From the human T2T-CHM13v2.0 reference genome, Homo sapiens: a stretch of 64,000 bases of DNA. This document shows positions 23,101 to 36,600 of this stretch, one piece after another (position 1 is the stretch's first letter; each line of letters opens with the position of its first letter). The stretch lies in NCBI RefSeq assembly GCF_009914755.1, contig NC_060934.1; one strand, given 5' to 3'. The translations under genes were made by a program, and so were the position numbers. The notes beneath the pieces are model-generated. The model saw only the letters and a program-made list of their open reading frames with translations. It was not told where the DNA came from and searched no databases.

Positions 23101-26100
23101 TTCATAGAGCAGTTTGGAAAGACTCTGTCTGTAAAGTCTGCAAGTGATTAGTTAGACCCCTTTGAGGCCTTCGTTGGAAGCGGGATTTCTCATTTACTGC
23201 TAGACAGAAGAATTCTCAGTAAATCCTTTGTGTTGTGTGTATTCAACTCACAGAGTGGAACCTTCCTTTATTCAGAGCAGTTTTGAAAAACACTTTTTGT
23301 GGAATTTACAAGTGGAGATTTCAAGCGATTTGACGCCAATCTTAGACATGGAAATATCTTCATATTAAAAGTACACAGAGTCATTCGTAGAAACTAGTTT
23401 GTGATGTGTGCCTTCAACTCACAGAGTTTAACCTTTCTTTTCATAGAGCAGTTGGGAAACACTCTATTTGTAAAGTCTGCAAGTGGATATTTGGACCTCT
23501 TTGAGGCCTTCGTTGGAAACGGGATTTCTTCATATAACGCTAGACAGAAGAATTCTCAGTAACTTCTTTGTGTTGTGTGTATTCAACTCACAGAGTTGAA
23601 CCTTTCTTTAGAGGGAGCAGAGGTGAAACACTCTTTTTGTGGAATTTGCTAGTGCAGATTTCAAACGCTTCGAAGACAGTGATAGAAAAGGATATATCTT
23701 CGTATTAAAAGTAGACAAAATCATTCTCAGAAAACTCTTTGTGATGTGTGTGTTCAACTCACAGAGTTTAACCTTTCTTTTCATAGAGCAGTTTGGAAAC
23801 ACTCTGTTTGTAAAGCCTGCAAGTGCTTTTTTGGACTTCATTGAGGCCTTCGTTGGAAACGGGATTTCTTCATACAACGCTAGTCAGAAGAATTCTCAGT
23901 AACTTCTTTGTGTTGTGTGTATTCAACTCACAGAGTTGAACCTTTCTTTAGAGAGAGCATAGTTGAAACACTCTGTTTTTGGAATTTGCAAGTGCAGATT
24001 TCAAGCGCTTCTAGGCCTATGGCAGAAAAGGAAATATCTTCGTATAAAAACTACACAGAATCATTCTCAACAACTACTTTGTGATGTGTGCGTTCAACTC
24101 ACAGAGTTTAACCTTTCTTTTCATAGAGCAGTTTGGAAACACTCTGTTTGTAAAGCCTGCAAGTGCTTTTTTGGACTTCATTGAGGCCTTCGTTGGAAAC
24201 GGGATTTCTTCATACAACGCTAGACAGAAGAATTCTCAGTAACTTCTTTGTGTTGTGTGTATTCAACTCACAGAGTTGAACCTTCCTTTAGAGAGAGCAG
24301 AGTTGAAACACTCTGTTTTTGGAATTTGCAAGTGCAGATTTCAAGCGCTTCTAGGCCTATGGCAGAAAAGGAAATATCTTCGTATAAAAACTACACAGAA
24401 TCATTCTCAACAACTACTTTGTGATGTGTGCGTTCAACTCACAGAGTTTAACCTTTCTTTTCATAGAGCAGTTTGGAAACACTCTGTTTGTAAAGCCTGC
24501 AAGTGCTTTTTTGGACTTCATTGAGGCCTTCGTTGGAAACGGGATTTCTTCATATAATGCTAGACAGAAGAATTCTCAGTCACTTCTTTGTGTTGTGTGT
24601 ATTCAAGTCACAGAGTTGAACCTTCCTTTAGACAGAGCAGTTTTGAAAAATTCTTTCTGTGGAGTTTGCAAGTGGAGATTTCAAGCGATTTGAGGCTAAT
24701 CTTTGAAATGGAAATATCTTCGTGTAAAAACTACACAGAATCATTCTCAGAAACTGCTTTGTCATCTGTGCGTTCAGTTCACAGAGTTTCACCTTTCTCT
24801 TCATAGAGCAGTTTGGAAAGACTCTGTCTGTAAAGTCTGCAAGTGATTAGTTAGACCCCTTTGAGGCCTTCGTTGGAAGCGGGATTTCTCATTTACTGCT
24901 AGACAGAAGAATTCTCAGTAAATCCTTTGTGTTGTGTGTATTCAACTCACAGAGTGGAACCTTCCTTTATTCAGAGCAGTTTTGAAAAACACTTTTTGTG
25001 GAATTTGCAAGTGGAGATTTCAAGCGATTTGACGCCAATCTTAGACATGGAAATATCTTCATATTAAAAGTACACAGAGTCATTCGTAGAAACTAGTTTG
25101 TGATGTGTGCCTTCAACTCACAGAGTTTAACCTTTCTTTTCATAGAGCAGTTGGGAAACACTCTATTTGTAAAGTCTGCAAGTGGATATTTGGACCTCTT
25201 TGAGGCCTTCGTTGGAAACGGGATTTCTTCATATAACGCTAGACAGAAGAATTCTCAGTAACTTCTTTGTGTTGTGTGTATTCAACTCACAGAGTTGAAC
25301 CTTTCTTTAGAGGGAGCAGAGGTGAAACACTCTTTTTGTGGAATTTGCTAGTGCAGATTTCAAACGCTTCGAAGACAGTGATAGAAAAGGATATATCTTC
25401 GTATTAAAAGTAGACAAAATCATTCTCAGAAAACTCTTTGTGATGTGTGTGTTCAACTCACAGAGTTTAACCTTTCTTTTCATAGAGCAGTTTGGAAACA
25501 CTCTGTTTGTAAAGCCTGCAAGTGCTTTTTTGGACTTCATTGAGGCCTTCGTTGGAAACGGGATTTCTTCATACAACGCTAGTCAGAAGAATTCTCAGTA
25601 ACTTCTTTGTGTTGTGTGTATTCAACTCACAGAGTTGAACCTTTCTTTAGAGAGAGCATAGTTGAAACACTCTGTTTTTGGAATTTGCAAGTGCAGATTT
25701 CAAGCGCTTCTAGGCCTATGGCAGAAAAGGAAATATCTTCGTATAAAAACTACACAGAATCATTCTCAACAACTACTTTGTGATGTGTGCGTTCAACTCA
25801 CAGAGTTTAACCTTTCTTTTCATAGAGCAGTTTGGAAACACTCTGTTTGTAAAGCCTGCAAGTGCTTTTTTGGACTTCATTGAGGCCTTCGTTGGAAACG
25901 GGATTTCTTCATACAACGCTAGACAGAAGAATTCTCAGTAACTTCTTTGTGTTGTGTGTATTCAACTCACAGAGTTGAACCTTCCTTTAGAGAGAGCAGA
26001 GTTGAAACACTCTGTTTTTGGAATTTGCAAGTGCAGATTTCAAGCGCTTCTAGGCCTATGGCAGAAAAGGAAATATCTTCGTATAAAAACTACACAGAAT

Positions 26101-26607
26101 CATTCTCAACAACTACTTTGTGATGTGTGCGTTCAACTCACAGAGTTTAACCTTTCTTTTCATAGAGCAGTTTGGAAACACTCTGTTTGTAAAGCCTGCA
26201 AGTGCTTTTTTGGACTTCATTGAGGCCTTCGTTGGAAACGGGATTTCTTCATATAATGCTAGACAGAAGAATTCTCAGTCACTTCTTTGTGTTGTGTGTA
26301 TTCAAGTCACAGAGTTGAACCTTCCTTTAGACAGAGCAGTTTTGAAAAATTCTTTCTGTGGAGTTTGCAAGTGGAGATTTCAAGCGATTTGAGGCTAATC
26401 TTTGAAATGGAAATATCTTCGTGTAAAAACTACACAGAATCATTCTCAGAAACTGCTTTGTCATCTGTGCGTTCAGTTCACAGAGTTTCACCTTTCTCTT
26501 CATAGAGCAGTTTGGAAAGACTCTGTCTGTAAAGTCTGCAAGTGATTAGTTAGACCCCTTTGAGGCCTTCGTTGGAAGCGGGATTTCTCATTTACTGCTA
26601 GACAGAA
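20152..26607 (+). repeat. Variant-HOR domain 2: C-D'-A-A-B (1699 bp 10-mer) x3 plus C-D'-A-B (1359 bp 8-mer) x1
   Basis: D' ORF starts at 20581, 22280, 23639 and 25338 (gaps 1699, 1359, 1699). Shared markers are GCTAGTCAGAAG and CATAGTTGAAAC. Confidence 0.9.
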
Positions 26608-29600
26608 GAATTCTCAGTAAATCCTTTGTGTTGTGTGTATTCAACTCACAGAGTGGAACCTTCCTTTATTCAGAGCAGTTTTGAAAAACACTTTTTGTGG
26701 AATTTACAAGTGGAGATTTCAAGCGATTTGACGCCAATCTTAGACATGGAAATATCTTCATATTAAAAGTACACAGAGTCATTCGTAGAAACTAGTTTGT
26801 GATGTGTGCCTTCAACTCACAGAGTTTAACCTTTCTTTTCATAGAGCAGTTTGGAAACACTCTATTTGTAAAGTCTGCAAGTGGATATTTGGACCTCTTT
26901 GAGGCCTTCGTTGGAAACGGGATTTCTTCATACAACGCTAGACAGAAGAATTCTCAGTAACTTCTTTGTGTTGTGTGTATTCAACTCACAGAGTTGAACC
27001 TTTCTTTAGAGAGAGCAGAGTTGAAACACTCTGTTTTTGGAATTTGCAAGTGCAGATTTCAAGCGATTCTAGGCCTATGGCAGAAAAGGAAATATCTTCG
27101 TATAAAAACTACACAGAATCATTCTCAACAACTACTTTGTGATGTGTGCGTTCAACTCACAGAGTTTAACCTTTCTTTTCATAGAGCAGTTTGGAAACAC
27201 TCTGTTTGTAAAGCCTGCAAGTGCTTTTTTGGACTTCATTGAGGCCTTCGTTGGAAACGGGATTTCTTCATATAATGCTACACAGAAGAATTCTCAGTCA
27301 CTTCTTTGTGTTGTGTGTATTCAAGTCACAGAGTTGAACCTTCCTTTAGACAGAGCAGTTTTGAAAAATTCTTTCTGTGGAGTTTGCAAGTGGAGATTTC
27401 AAGCGATTTGAGGCTAATCTTTGAAATGGAAATATCTTCGTGTAAAAACTACACAGAATCATTCTCAGAAACTGCTTTGTCATCTGTGCGTTCAGTTCAC
27501 ACAGTTTCACCTTTCTCTTCATAGAGCAGTTTGGAAAGACTCTGTCTGTAAAGTCTGCAAGTGATTAGTTAGACCCCTTTGAGGCCTTCGTTGGAAGCGG
27601 GATTTCTCATTTACTGCTAGACAGAAGAATTCTCTGTAAATCCTTTGTGTTGTGTGTATTCAACTCACAGAGTGGAACCTTCCTTTATTCAGAGCAGTTT
27701 TGAAACACTCTTTTTGTGCAATTTGCAAGTGGAGATTTCAAGCGATTTGACGCCAATCTTAGACATGGAAATATCTTCATATTAAAAGTACACAGAGTCA
27801 TTCGTAGAAACTAGTTTGTGATGTGTGCCTTCAACTCACAGAGTTTAACCTTTCTTTTCATAGAGCAGTTGGGAAACACTCTATTTGTAAAGTCTGCAAG
27901 TGGATATTTGGACCTCTTTGAGGCCTTCGTTGGAAACGGGATTTCTTCATATAACGCTAGACAGAAGAATTCTCAGTAACTTCTTTGTGTTGTGTGTATT
28001 CAACTCACAGAGTTGAACCTTTCTTTAGAGGGAGCAGAAGTGAAACACTCTTTTTGTGGAATTTGCTAGTGTAGATTTCAAACGCTTCGAAGACAGTGAT
28101 AGAAAAGGATATATCTTCGTATTAAAAGTAGACAAAATCATTCTCAGAAAACTCTTTGTGATGTGTGTGTTCAACTCACAGAGTTTAACCTTTCTTTTCA
28201 TAGAGCAGTTTGGAAACACTCTGTTTGTAAAGCCTGCAAGTGCTTTTTTGGACTTCATTGAGGCCTTCGTTGGAAACGGGATTTCTTCATACAACGCTAG
28301 ACAGAAGAATTCTCAGTAACTTCTTTGTGTTGTGTGTATTCAACTCACAGAGTTGAACCTTTCTTTAGAGAGAGCAGAGTTGAAACACTCTGTTTTTGGA
28401 ATTTGCAAGTGCAGATTTCAAGCGCTGCTAGGCCTATGGCAGAAAAGGAAATATCTTCGTATAAAAACTACACAGAATCATTCTCAACAACTACTTTGTG
28501 ATGTGTGCGTTCAACTCACAGAGTTTAACCTTTCTTTTCATAGAGCAGTTTGGAAACACTCTGTTTGTAAAGCCTGCAAGTGCTTTTTTGGACTTCATTG
28601 AGGCCTTCGTTGGAAACGGGATTTCTTCATACAACGCTAGACAGAAGAATTCTCAGTAACTTCTTTGTGTTGTGTGTATTCAACTCACAGAGTTGAACCT
28701 TCCTTTAGAGAGAGCAGAGTTGAAACACTCTGTTTTTGGAATTTGCAAGTGCAGATTTCAAGCGCTTCTTGGCCTATGGCAGAAAAGGAAATATCTTCGT
28801 ATAAAAACTACACAGAATCATTCTCAACAACTACTTTGTGATGTGTGCGTTCAACTCACAGAGTTTAACCTTTCTTTTCATAGAGCAGTTTGGAAACACT
28901 CTGTTTGTAAAGCCTGCAAGTGCTTTTTTGGACTTCATTGAGGCCTTCGTTGGAAACGGGATTTCTTCATATAATGCTAGACAGAAGAATTCTCAGTCAC
29001 TTCTTTGTGTTGTGTGTATTCAAGTCACAGAGTTGAACCTTCCTTTAGACAGAGCAGTTTTGAAAAATTCTTTCTGTGGAGTTTGCAAGTGGAGATTTCA
29101 AGCGATTTGAGGCTAATCTTTGAAATGGAAATATCTTCGTGTAAAAACTACACAGAATCATTCTCAGAAACTGCTTTGTCATCTGTGCGTTCAGTTCACA
29201 GAGTTTCACCTTTCTCTTCATAGAGCAGTTTGGAAAGACTCTGTCTGTAAAGTCTGCTGGTGATTAGTTAGACCCCTTTGAGGCCTTCGTTGGAAGCGGG
29301 ATTTCTCATTTACTGCTAGACAGAAGAATTCTCAGTAAATCCTTTGTGTTGTGTGTATTCAACTCACAGAGTGGAACCTTCCTTTATTCAGAGCAGTTTT
29401 GAAAAACACTTTTTGTGGAATTTGCAAGTGGAGATTTCAAGCGATTTGACGCCAATCTTAGACATGGAAATATCTTCATATTAAAAGTACACAGAGTCAT
29501 CCGTAGAAACTAGTTTGTGATGTGTGCCTTCAACTCACAGAGTTTAACCTTTCTTTTCATAGAGCAGTTTGGAAACACTCTATTTGTAAAGTCTGCAAGT

Positions 29601-30684
29601 GGATATTTGGACCTCTTTGAGGCCTTCGTTGGAAACGGGATTTCTTCATACAACGCTAGACAGAAGAATTCTCAGTAACTTCTTTGTGTTGTGTGTATTC
29701 AACTCACAGAGTTGAACCTTTCTTTAGAGAGAGCAGAGTTGAAACACTCTGTTTTTGGAATTTGCAAGTGCAGATTTCAAGCGATTCTAGGCCTATGGCA
29801 GAAAAGGAAATATCTTCGTATAAAAACTACACAGAATCATTCTCAACAACTACTTTGTGATGTGTGCGTTCAACTCACAGAGTTTAACCTTTCTTTTCAT
29901 AGAGCAGTTTGGAAACACTCTGTTTGTAAAGCCTGCAAGTGCTTTTTTGGACTTCATTGAGGCCTTCGTTGGAAACGGGATTTCTTCATATAATGCTAGA
30001 CAGAAGAATTCTCAGTCACTTCTTTGTGTTGTGTGTATTCAAGTCACAGAGTTGAACCTTCCTTTAGACAGAGCAGTTTTGAAAAATTCTTTCTGTGTAA
30101 TTTGCAAGTGGAGATTTCAAGCGATTTGAGGCTAATCTTTGAAATGGAAATATCTTCGTGTAAAAACTACACAGAATCATTCTCAGAAACTGCTTTGTCA
30201 TCTGTGCGTTCAGTTCACAGAGTTTCACCTTTCTCTTCATAGAGCAGTTTGGAAAGACTCTGTCTGTAAAGTCTGCAAGTGATTAGTTAGACCCCTTTGA
30301 GGCCTTCGTTGGAAGCGGGATTTCTCATTTACTGCTAGACAGAAGAATTCTCAGTAAATCCTTTGTGTTGTGTGTATTCAACTCACAGAGTGGAACCTTC
30401 CTTTATTCAGAGCAGTTTTGAAACACTCTTTTTGTGGAATTTGCAAGTGGAGATTTCAAGCGATTTGACGCCAATCTTAGACATGGAAATATCTTCATAT
30501 TAAAAGTACACAGAGTCATTCGTAGAAACTAGTTTGTGATGTGTGCCTTCAACTCACAGAGTTTAACCTTTCTTTTCATAGAGCAGTTGGGAAACACTCT
30601 ATTTGTAAAGTCTGCAAGTGGATATTTGGACCTCTTTGAGGCCTTCGTTGGAAAAGGGATTTCTTCATATAACGCTAGACAGAA

Positions 30685-33600
30685 GAATTCTCAGTAACTT
30701 CTTTGTGTTGTGTGTATTCAACTCACAGAGTTGAACCTTTCTTTAGAGGGAGCAGAGGTGAAACACTCTTTTTGTGGAATTTGCTAGTGTAGATTTCAAA
30801 CCCTTCGAAGACAGTGATAGAAAAGGATATATCTTCGTATTAAAAGTAGACAAAATCATTCTCAGAAAACTCTTTGTGATGTGTGTGTTCAACTCACAGA
30901 GTTTAACCTTTCTTTAATCGAGCAGTTTGGAAATACACTCTTTGTAAGTCTGCAGGTGGATATTTGGCCCTCTTTGAGCCCTTCGTTGGAAACGGGATTT
31001 CCTCATATAATGCTAGACAGAAGAATTCTCAGTAACTTCTTTGTGTTGTTTGTATTCAACACACAGATTTGAACCTTCCTTTAGAGAGAGCAGATTTGAA
31101 ACACTCTGTTTTTGGAATTTGCAAGTGCAGATTTCAAGCGCTTCTAGGCCTATGGCAGAAAAGGAAATATCTTCGTATAAAAACTACACAGAATCATTCT
31201 CAACAACTACTTTGTGATGTGTGCGTTCAACTCACAGAGTTTAACCTTTCTTTTCATAGAGCAGTTTGGAAACACTCTGTTTGTAAAGCCTGCAAGTGCT
31301 TTTTTGGACTTCATTGAGGCCTTCGTTGGAAACGGGATTTCTTCATATAATGCTAGACAGAAGAATTCTCAGTCACTTCTTTGTGTTGTGTGTATTCAAG
31401 TCACAGAGTTGAACCTTCCTTTAGACAGAGCAGTTTTGAAAAATTCTTTCTGTGGAGTTTGCAAGTGGAGATTTCAAGCGATTTGAGGCTAATCTTTGAA
31501 ATGGAAATATCTTCGTGTAAAAACTACACAGAATCATTCTCAGAAACTGCTTTGTCATCTGTGCGTTCAGTTCACAGAGTTTCACCTTTCTCTTCATAGA
31601 GCAGTTTGGAAAGACTCTGTCTGTAAAGTCTGCAAGTGATTAGTTAGACCCCTTTGAGGCCTTCGTTGGAAGCGGGATTTCTCATTTACTGCTAGACAGA
31701 AGAATTCTCAGTAAATCCTTTGTGTTGTGTGTATTCAACTCACAGAGTGGAACCTTCCTTTATTCAGAGCAGTTTTGAAAAACACTTTTTGTGGAATTTG
31801 CAAGTGGAGATTTCAAGCGATTTGACGCCAATCTTAGACATGGAAATATCTTCATATTAAAAGTACACAGAGTCATTCGTAGAAACTAGTTTGTGATGTG
31901 TGCCTTCAACTCACAGAGTTTAACCTTTCTTTTCATAGAGCAGTTGGGAAACACTCTATTTGTAAAGTCTGCAAGTGGATATTTGGACCTCTTTGAGGCC
32001 TTCGTTGGAAACGGGATTTCTTCATACAACGCTAGACAGAAGAATTCTCAGTAACTTCTTTGTGTTGTGTGTATTCAACTCACAGAGTTGAACCTTTCTT
32101 TAGAGAGAGCAGAGTTGAAACACTCTGTTTTTGGAATTTGCAACTGCAGATTTCAAGCGATTCTAGGCCTATGGCAGAAAAGGAAATATCTTCGTATAAA
32201 AACTACACAGAATCATTCTCAACAACTACTTTGTGATGTGTGCGTTCAACTCACAGAGTTTAACCTTTCTTTTCATAGAGCAGTTTGGAAACACTCTGTT
32301 TGTAAAGCCTGCAAGTGCTTTTTTGGACTTCATTGAGGCCTTCGTTGGAAACGGGATTTCTTCATATAATGCTAGACAGAAGAATTCTCAGTCACTTCTT
32401 TGTGTTGTGTGTATTCAAGTCACAGAGTTGAACCTTCCTTTAGACAGAGCAGTTTTGAAAAATTCTTTCTGTGTAATTTGCAAGTGGAGATTTCAAGCGA
32501 TTTGAGGCTAATCTTTGAAATGGAAATATCTTCATGTAAAAACTACACAGAATCATTCTCAGAAACTGCTTTGTCATCTGTGCGTTCAGTTCACAGAGTT
32601 TCACCTTTCTCTTCATAGAGCAGTTTGGAAAGACTCTGTCTGTAAAGTCTGCAAGTGATTAGTTAGACCCCTTTGAGGCCTTCGTTGGAAGCGGGATTTC
32701 TCATTTACTGCTAGACAGAAGAATTCTCAGTAAATCCTTTGTGTTGTGTGTATTCAACTCACAGAGTGGAACCTTCCTTTATTCAGAGCAGTTTTGAAAC
32801 ACTCTTTTTGTGGAATTTGCAAGTGGAGATTTCAAGCGATTTGACGCCAATCTTAGACATGGAAATATCTTCATATTAAAAGTACACAGAGTCATTCGTA
32901 GAAACTAGTTTGTGATGTGTGCCTTCAACTCACAGAGTTTAACCTTTCTTTTCATAGAGCAGTTGGGAAACACTCTATTTGTAAAGTCTGCAAGTGGATA
33001 TTTGGACCTCTTTGAGGCCTTCGTTGGAAAAGGGATTTCTTCATATAACGCTAGACAGAAGAATTCTCAGTAACTTCTTTGTGTTGTGTGTATTCAACTC
33101 ACAGAGTTGAACCTTTCTTTAGAGGGAGCAGAGGTGAAACACTCTTTTTGTGGAATTTGCTAGTGTAGATTTCAAACGCTTCGAAGACAGTGATAGAAAA
33201 GGATATATCTTCGTATTAAAAGTAGACAAAATCATTCTCAGAAAACTCTTTGTGATGTGTGTGTTCAACTCACAGAGTTTAACCTTTCTTTAATCGAGCA
33301 GTTTGGAAATACACTCTTTGTAAGTCTGCAGGTGGATATTTGGCCCTCTTTGAGCCCTTCGTTGGAAACGGGATTTCCTCATATAATGCTAGACAGAAGA
33401 ATTCTCAGTAACTTCTTTGTGTTGTTTGTATTCAACACACAGATTTGAACCTTCCTTTAGAGAGAGCAGATTTGAAACACTCTGTTTTTGGAATTTGCAA
33501 GTGCAGATTTCAAGCGCTTCTAGGCCTATGGCAGAAAAGGAAATATCTTCGTATAAAAACTACACAGAATCATTCTCAACAACTACTTTGTGATGTGTGC

Positions 33601-36600
33601 GTTCAACTCACAGAGTTTAACCTTTCTTTTCATAGAGCAGTTTGGAAACACTCTGTTTGTAAAGCCTGCAAGTGCTTTTTTGGACTTCATTGAGGCCTTC
33701 GTTGGAAACGGGATTTCTTCATATAATGCTAGACAGAAGAATTCTCAGTCACTTCTTTGTGTTGTGTGTATTCAAGTCACAGAGTTGAACCTTCCTTTAG
33801 ACAGAGCAGTTTTGAAAAATTCTTTCTGTGGAGTTTGCAAGTGGAGATTTCAAGCGATTTGAGGCTAATCTTTGAAATGGAAATATCTTCGTGTAAAAAC
33901 TACACAGAATCATTCTCAGAAACTGCTTTGTCATCTGTGCGTTCAGTTCACAGAGTTTCACCTTTCTCTTCATAGAGCAGTTTGGAAAGACTCTGTCTGT
34001 AAAGTCTGCAAGTGATTAGTTAGACCCCTTTGAGGCCTTCGTTGGAAGCGGGATTTCTCATTTACTGCTAGACAGAAGAATTCTCAGTAAATCCTTTGTG
34101 TTGTGTGTATTCAACTCACAGAGTGGAACCTTCCTTTATTCAGAGCAGTTTTGAAAAACACTTTTTGTGGAATTTGCAAGTGGAGATTTCAAGCGATTTG
34201 ACGCCAATCTTAGACATGGAAATATCTTCATATTAAAAGTACACAGAGTCATTCGTAGAAACTAGTTTGTGATGTGTGCCTTCAACTCACAGAGTTTAAC
34301 CTTTCTTTTCATAGAGCAGTTGGGAAACACTCTATTTGTAAAGTCTGCAAGTGGATATTTGGACCTCTTTGAGGCCTTCGTTGGAAACGGGATTTCTTCA
34401 TACAACGCTAGACAGAAGAATTCTCAGTAACTTCTTTGTGTTGTGTGTATTCAACTCACAGAGTTGAACCTTTCTTTAGAGAGAGCAGAGTTGAAACACT
34501 CTGTTTTTGGAATTTGCAACTGCAGATTTCAAGCGATTCTAGGCCTATGGCAGAAAAGGAAATATCTTCGTATAAAAACTACACAGAATCATTCTCAACA
34601 ACTACTTTGTGATGTGTGCGTTCAACTCACAGAGTTTAACCTTTCTTTTCATAGAGCAGTTTGGAAACACTCTGTTTGTAAAGCCTGCAAGTGCTTTTTT
34701 GGACTTCATTGAGGCCTTCGTTGGAAACGGGATTTCTTCATATAATGCTAGACAGAAGAATTCTCAGTCACTTCTTTGTGTTGTGTGTATTCAAGTCACA
34801 GAGTTGAACCTTCCTTTAGACAGAGCAGTTTTGAAAAATTCTTTCTGTGTAATTTGCAAGTGGAGATTTCAAGCGATTTGAGGCTAATCTTTGAAATGGA
34901 AATATCTTCGTGTAAAAACTACACAGAATCATTCTCAGAAACTGCTTTGTCATCTGTGCGTTCAGTTCACAGAGTTTCACCTTTCTCTTCATAGAGCAGT
35001 TTGGAAAGACTCTGTCTGTAAAGTCTGCAAGTGATTAGTTAGACCCCTTTGAGGCCTTCGTTGGAAGCGGGATTTCTCATTTACTGCTAGACAGAAGAAT
35101 TCTCAGTAAATCCTTTGTGTTGTGTGTATTCAACTCACAGAGTGGAACCTTCCTTTATTCAGAGCAGTTTTGAAACACTCTTTTTGTGGAATTTGCAAGT
35201 GGAGATTTCAAACGATTTGACGCCAATCTTAGACATGGAAATATCTTCATATTAAAAGTACACAGAGTCATTCGTAGAAACTAGTTTGTGATGTGTGCCT
35301 TCAACTCACAGAGTTTAACCTTTCTTTTCATAGAGCAGTTGGGAAACACTCTATTTGTAAAGTCTGCAAGTGGATATTTGGACCTCTTTGAGGCCTTCGT
35401 TGGAAACGGGATTTCTTCATATAACGCTAGACAGAAGAATTCTCAGTAACTTCTTTGTGTTGTGTGTATTCAACTCACAGAGTTGAACCTTTCTTTAGAG
35501 GGAGCAGAGGTGAAACACTCTTTTTGTGGAATTTGCTAGTGTAGATTTCAAACGCTTCGAAGACAGTGATAGAAAAGGATGTATCTTCGTATTAAAAGTA
35601 GACAAAATCATTCTCAGAAAACTCTTTGTGATGTGTGTGTTCAACTCACAGAGTTTAACCTTTCTTTAATCGAGCAGTTTGGAAATACACTCTTTGTAAG
35701 TCTGCAGGTGGATATTTGGCCCTCTTTGAGCCCTTCGTTGGAAACGGGATTTCCTCATATAATGCTAGACAGAAGAATTCTCAGTAACTTCTTTGTGTTG
35801 TTTGTATTCAACACACAGATTTGAACCTTCCTTTAGAGAGAGCAGATTTGAAACACTCTGTTTTTGGAATTTGCAAGTGCAGATTTCAAGCGCTTCTAGG
35901 CCTATGGCAGAAAAGGAAATATCTTCGTATAAAAACTACACAGAATCATTCTCAACAACTACTTTGTGATGTGTGCGTTCAACTCACAGAGTTTAACCTT
36001 TCTTTTCATAGAGCAGTTTGGAAACACTCTGTTTGTAAAGCCTGCAAGTGCTTTTTTGGACTTCATTGAGGCCTTCGTTGGAAACGGGATTTCTTCATAT
36101 AATGCTAGACAGAAGAATTCTCAGTCACTTCTTTGTGTTGTGTGTATTCAAGTCACAGAGTTGAACCTTCCTTTAGACAGAGCAGTTTTGAAAAATTCTT
36201 TCTGTGGAGTTTGCAAGTGGAGATTTCAAGCGATTTGAGGCTAATCTTTGAAATGGAAATATCTTCGTGTAAAAACTACACAGAATCATTCTCAGAAACT
36301 GCTTTGTCATCTGTGCGTTCAGTTCACAGAGTTTCACCTTTCTCTTCATAGAGCAGTTTGGAAAGACTCTGTCTGTAAAGTCTGCAAGTGATTAGTTAGA
36401 CCCCTTTGAGGCCTTCGTTGGAAGCGGGATTTCTCATTTACTGCTAGACAGAAGAATTCTCAGTAAATCCTTTGTGTTGTGTGTATTCAACTCACAGAGT
36501 GGAACCTTCCTTTATTCAGAGCAGTTTTGAAAAACACTTTTTGTGGAATTTGCAAGTGGAGATTTCAAGCGATTTGACGCCAATCTTAGACATGGAAATA

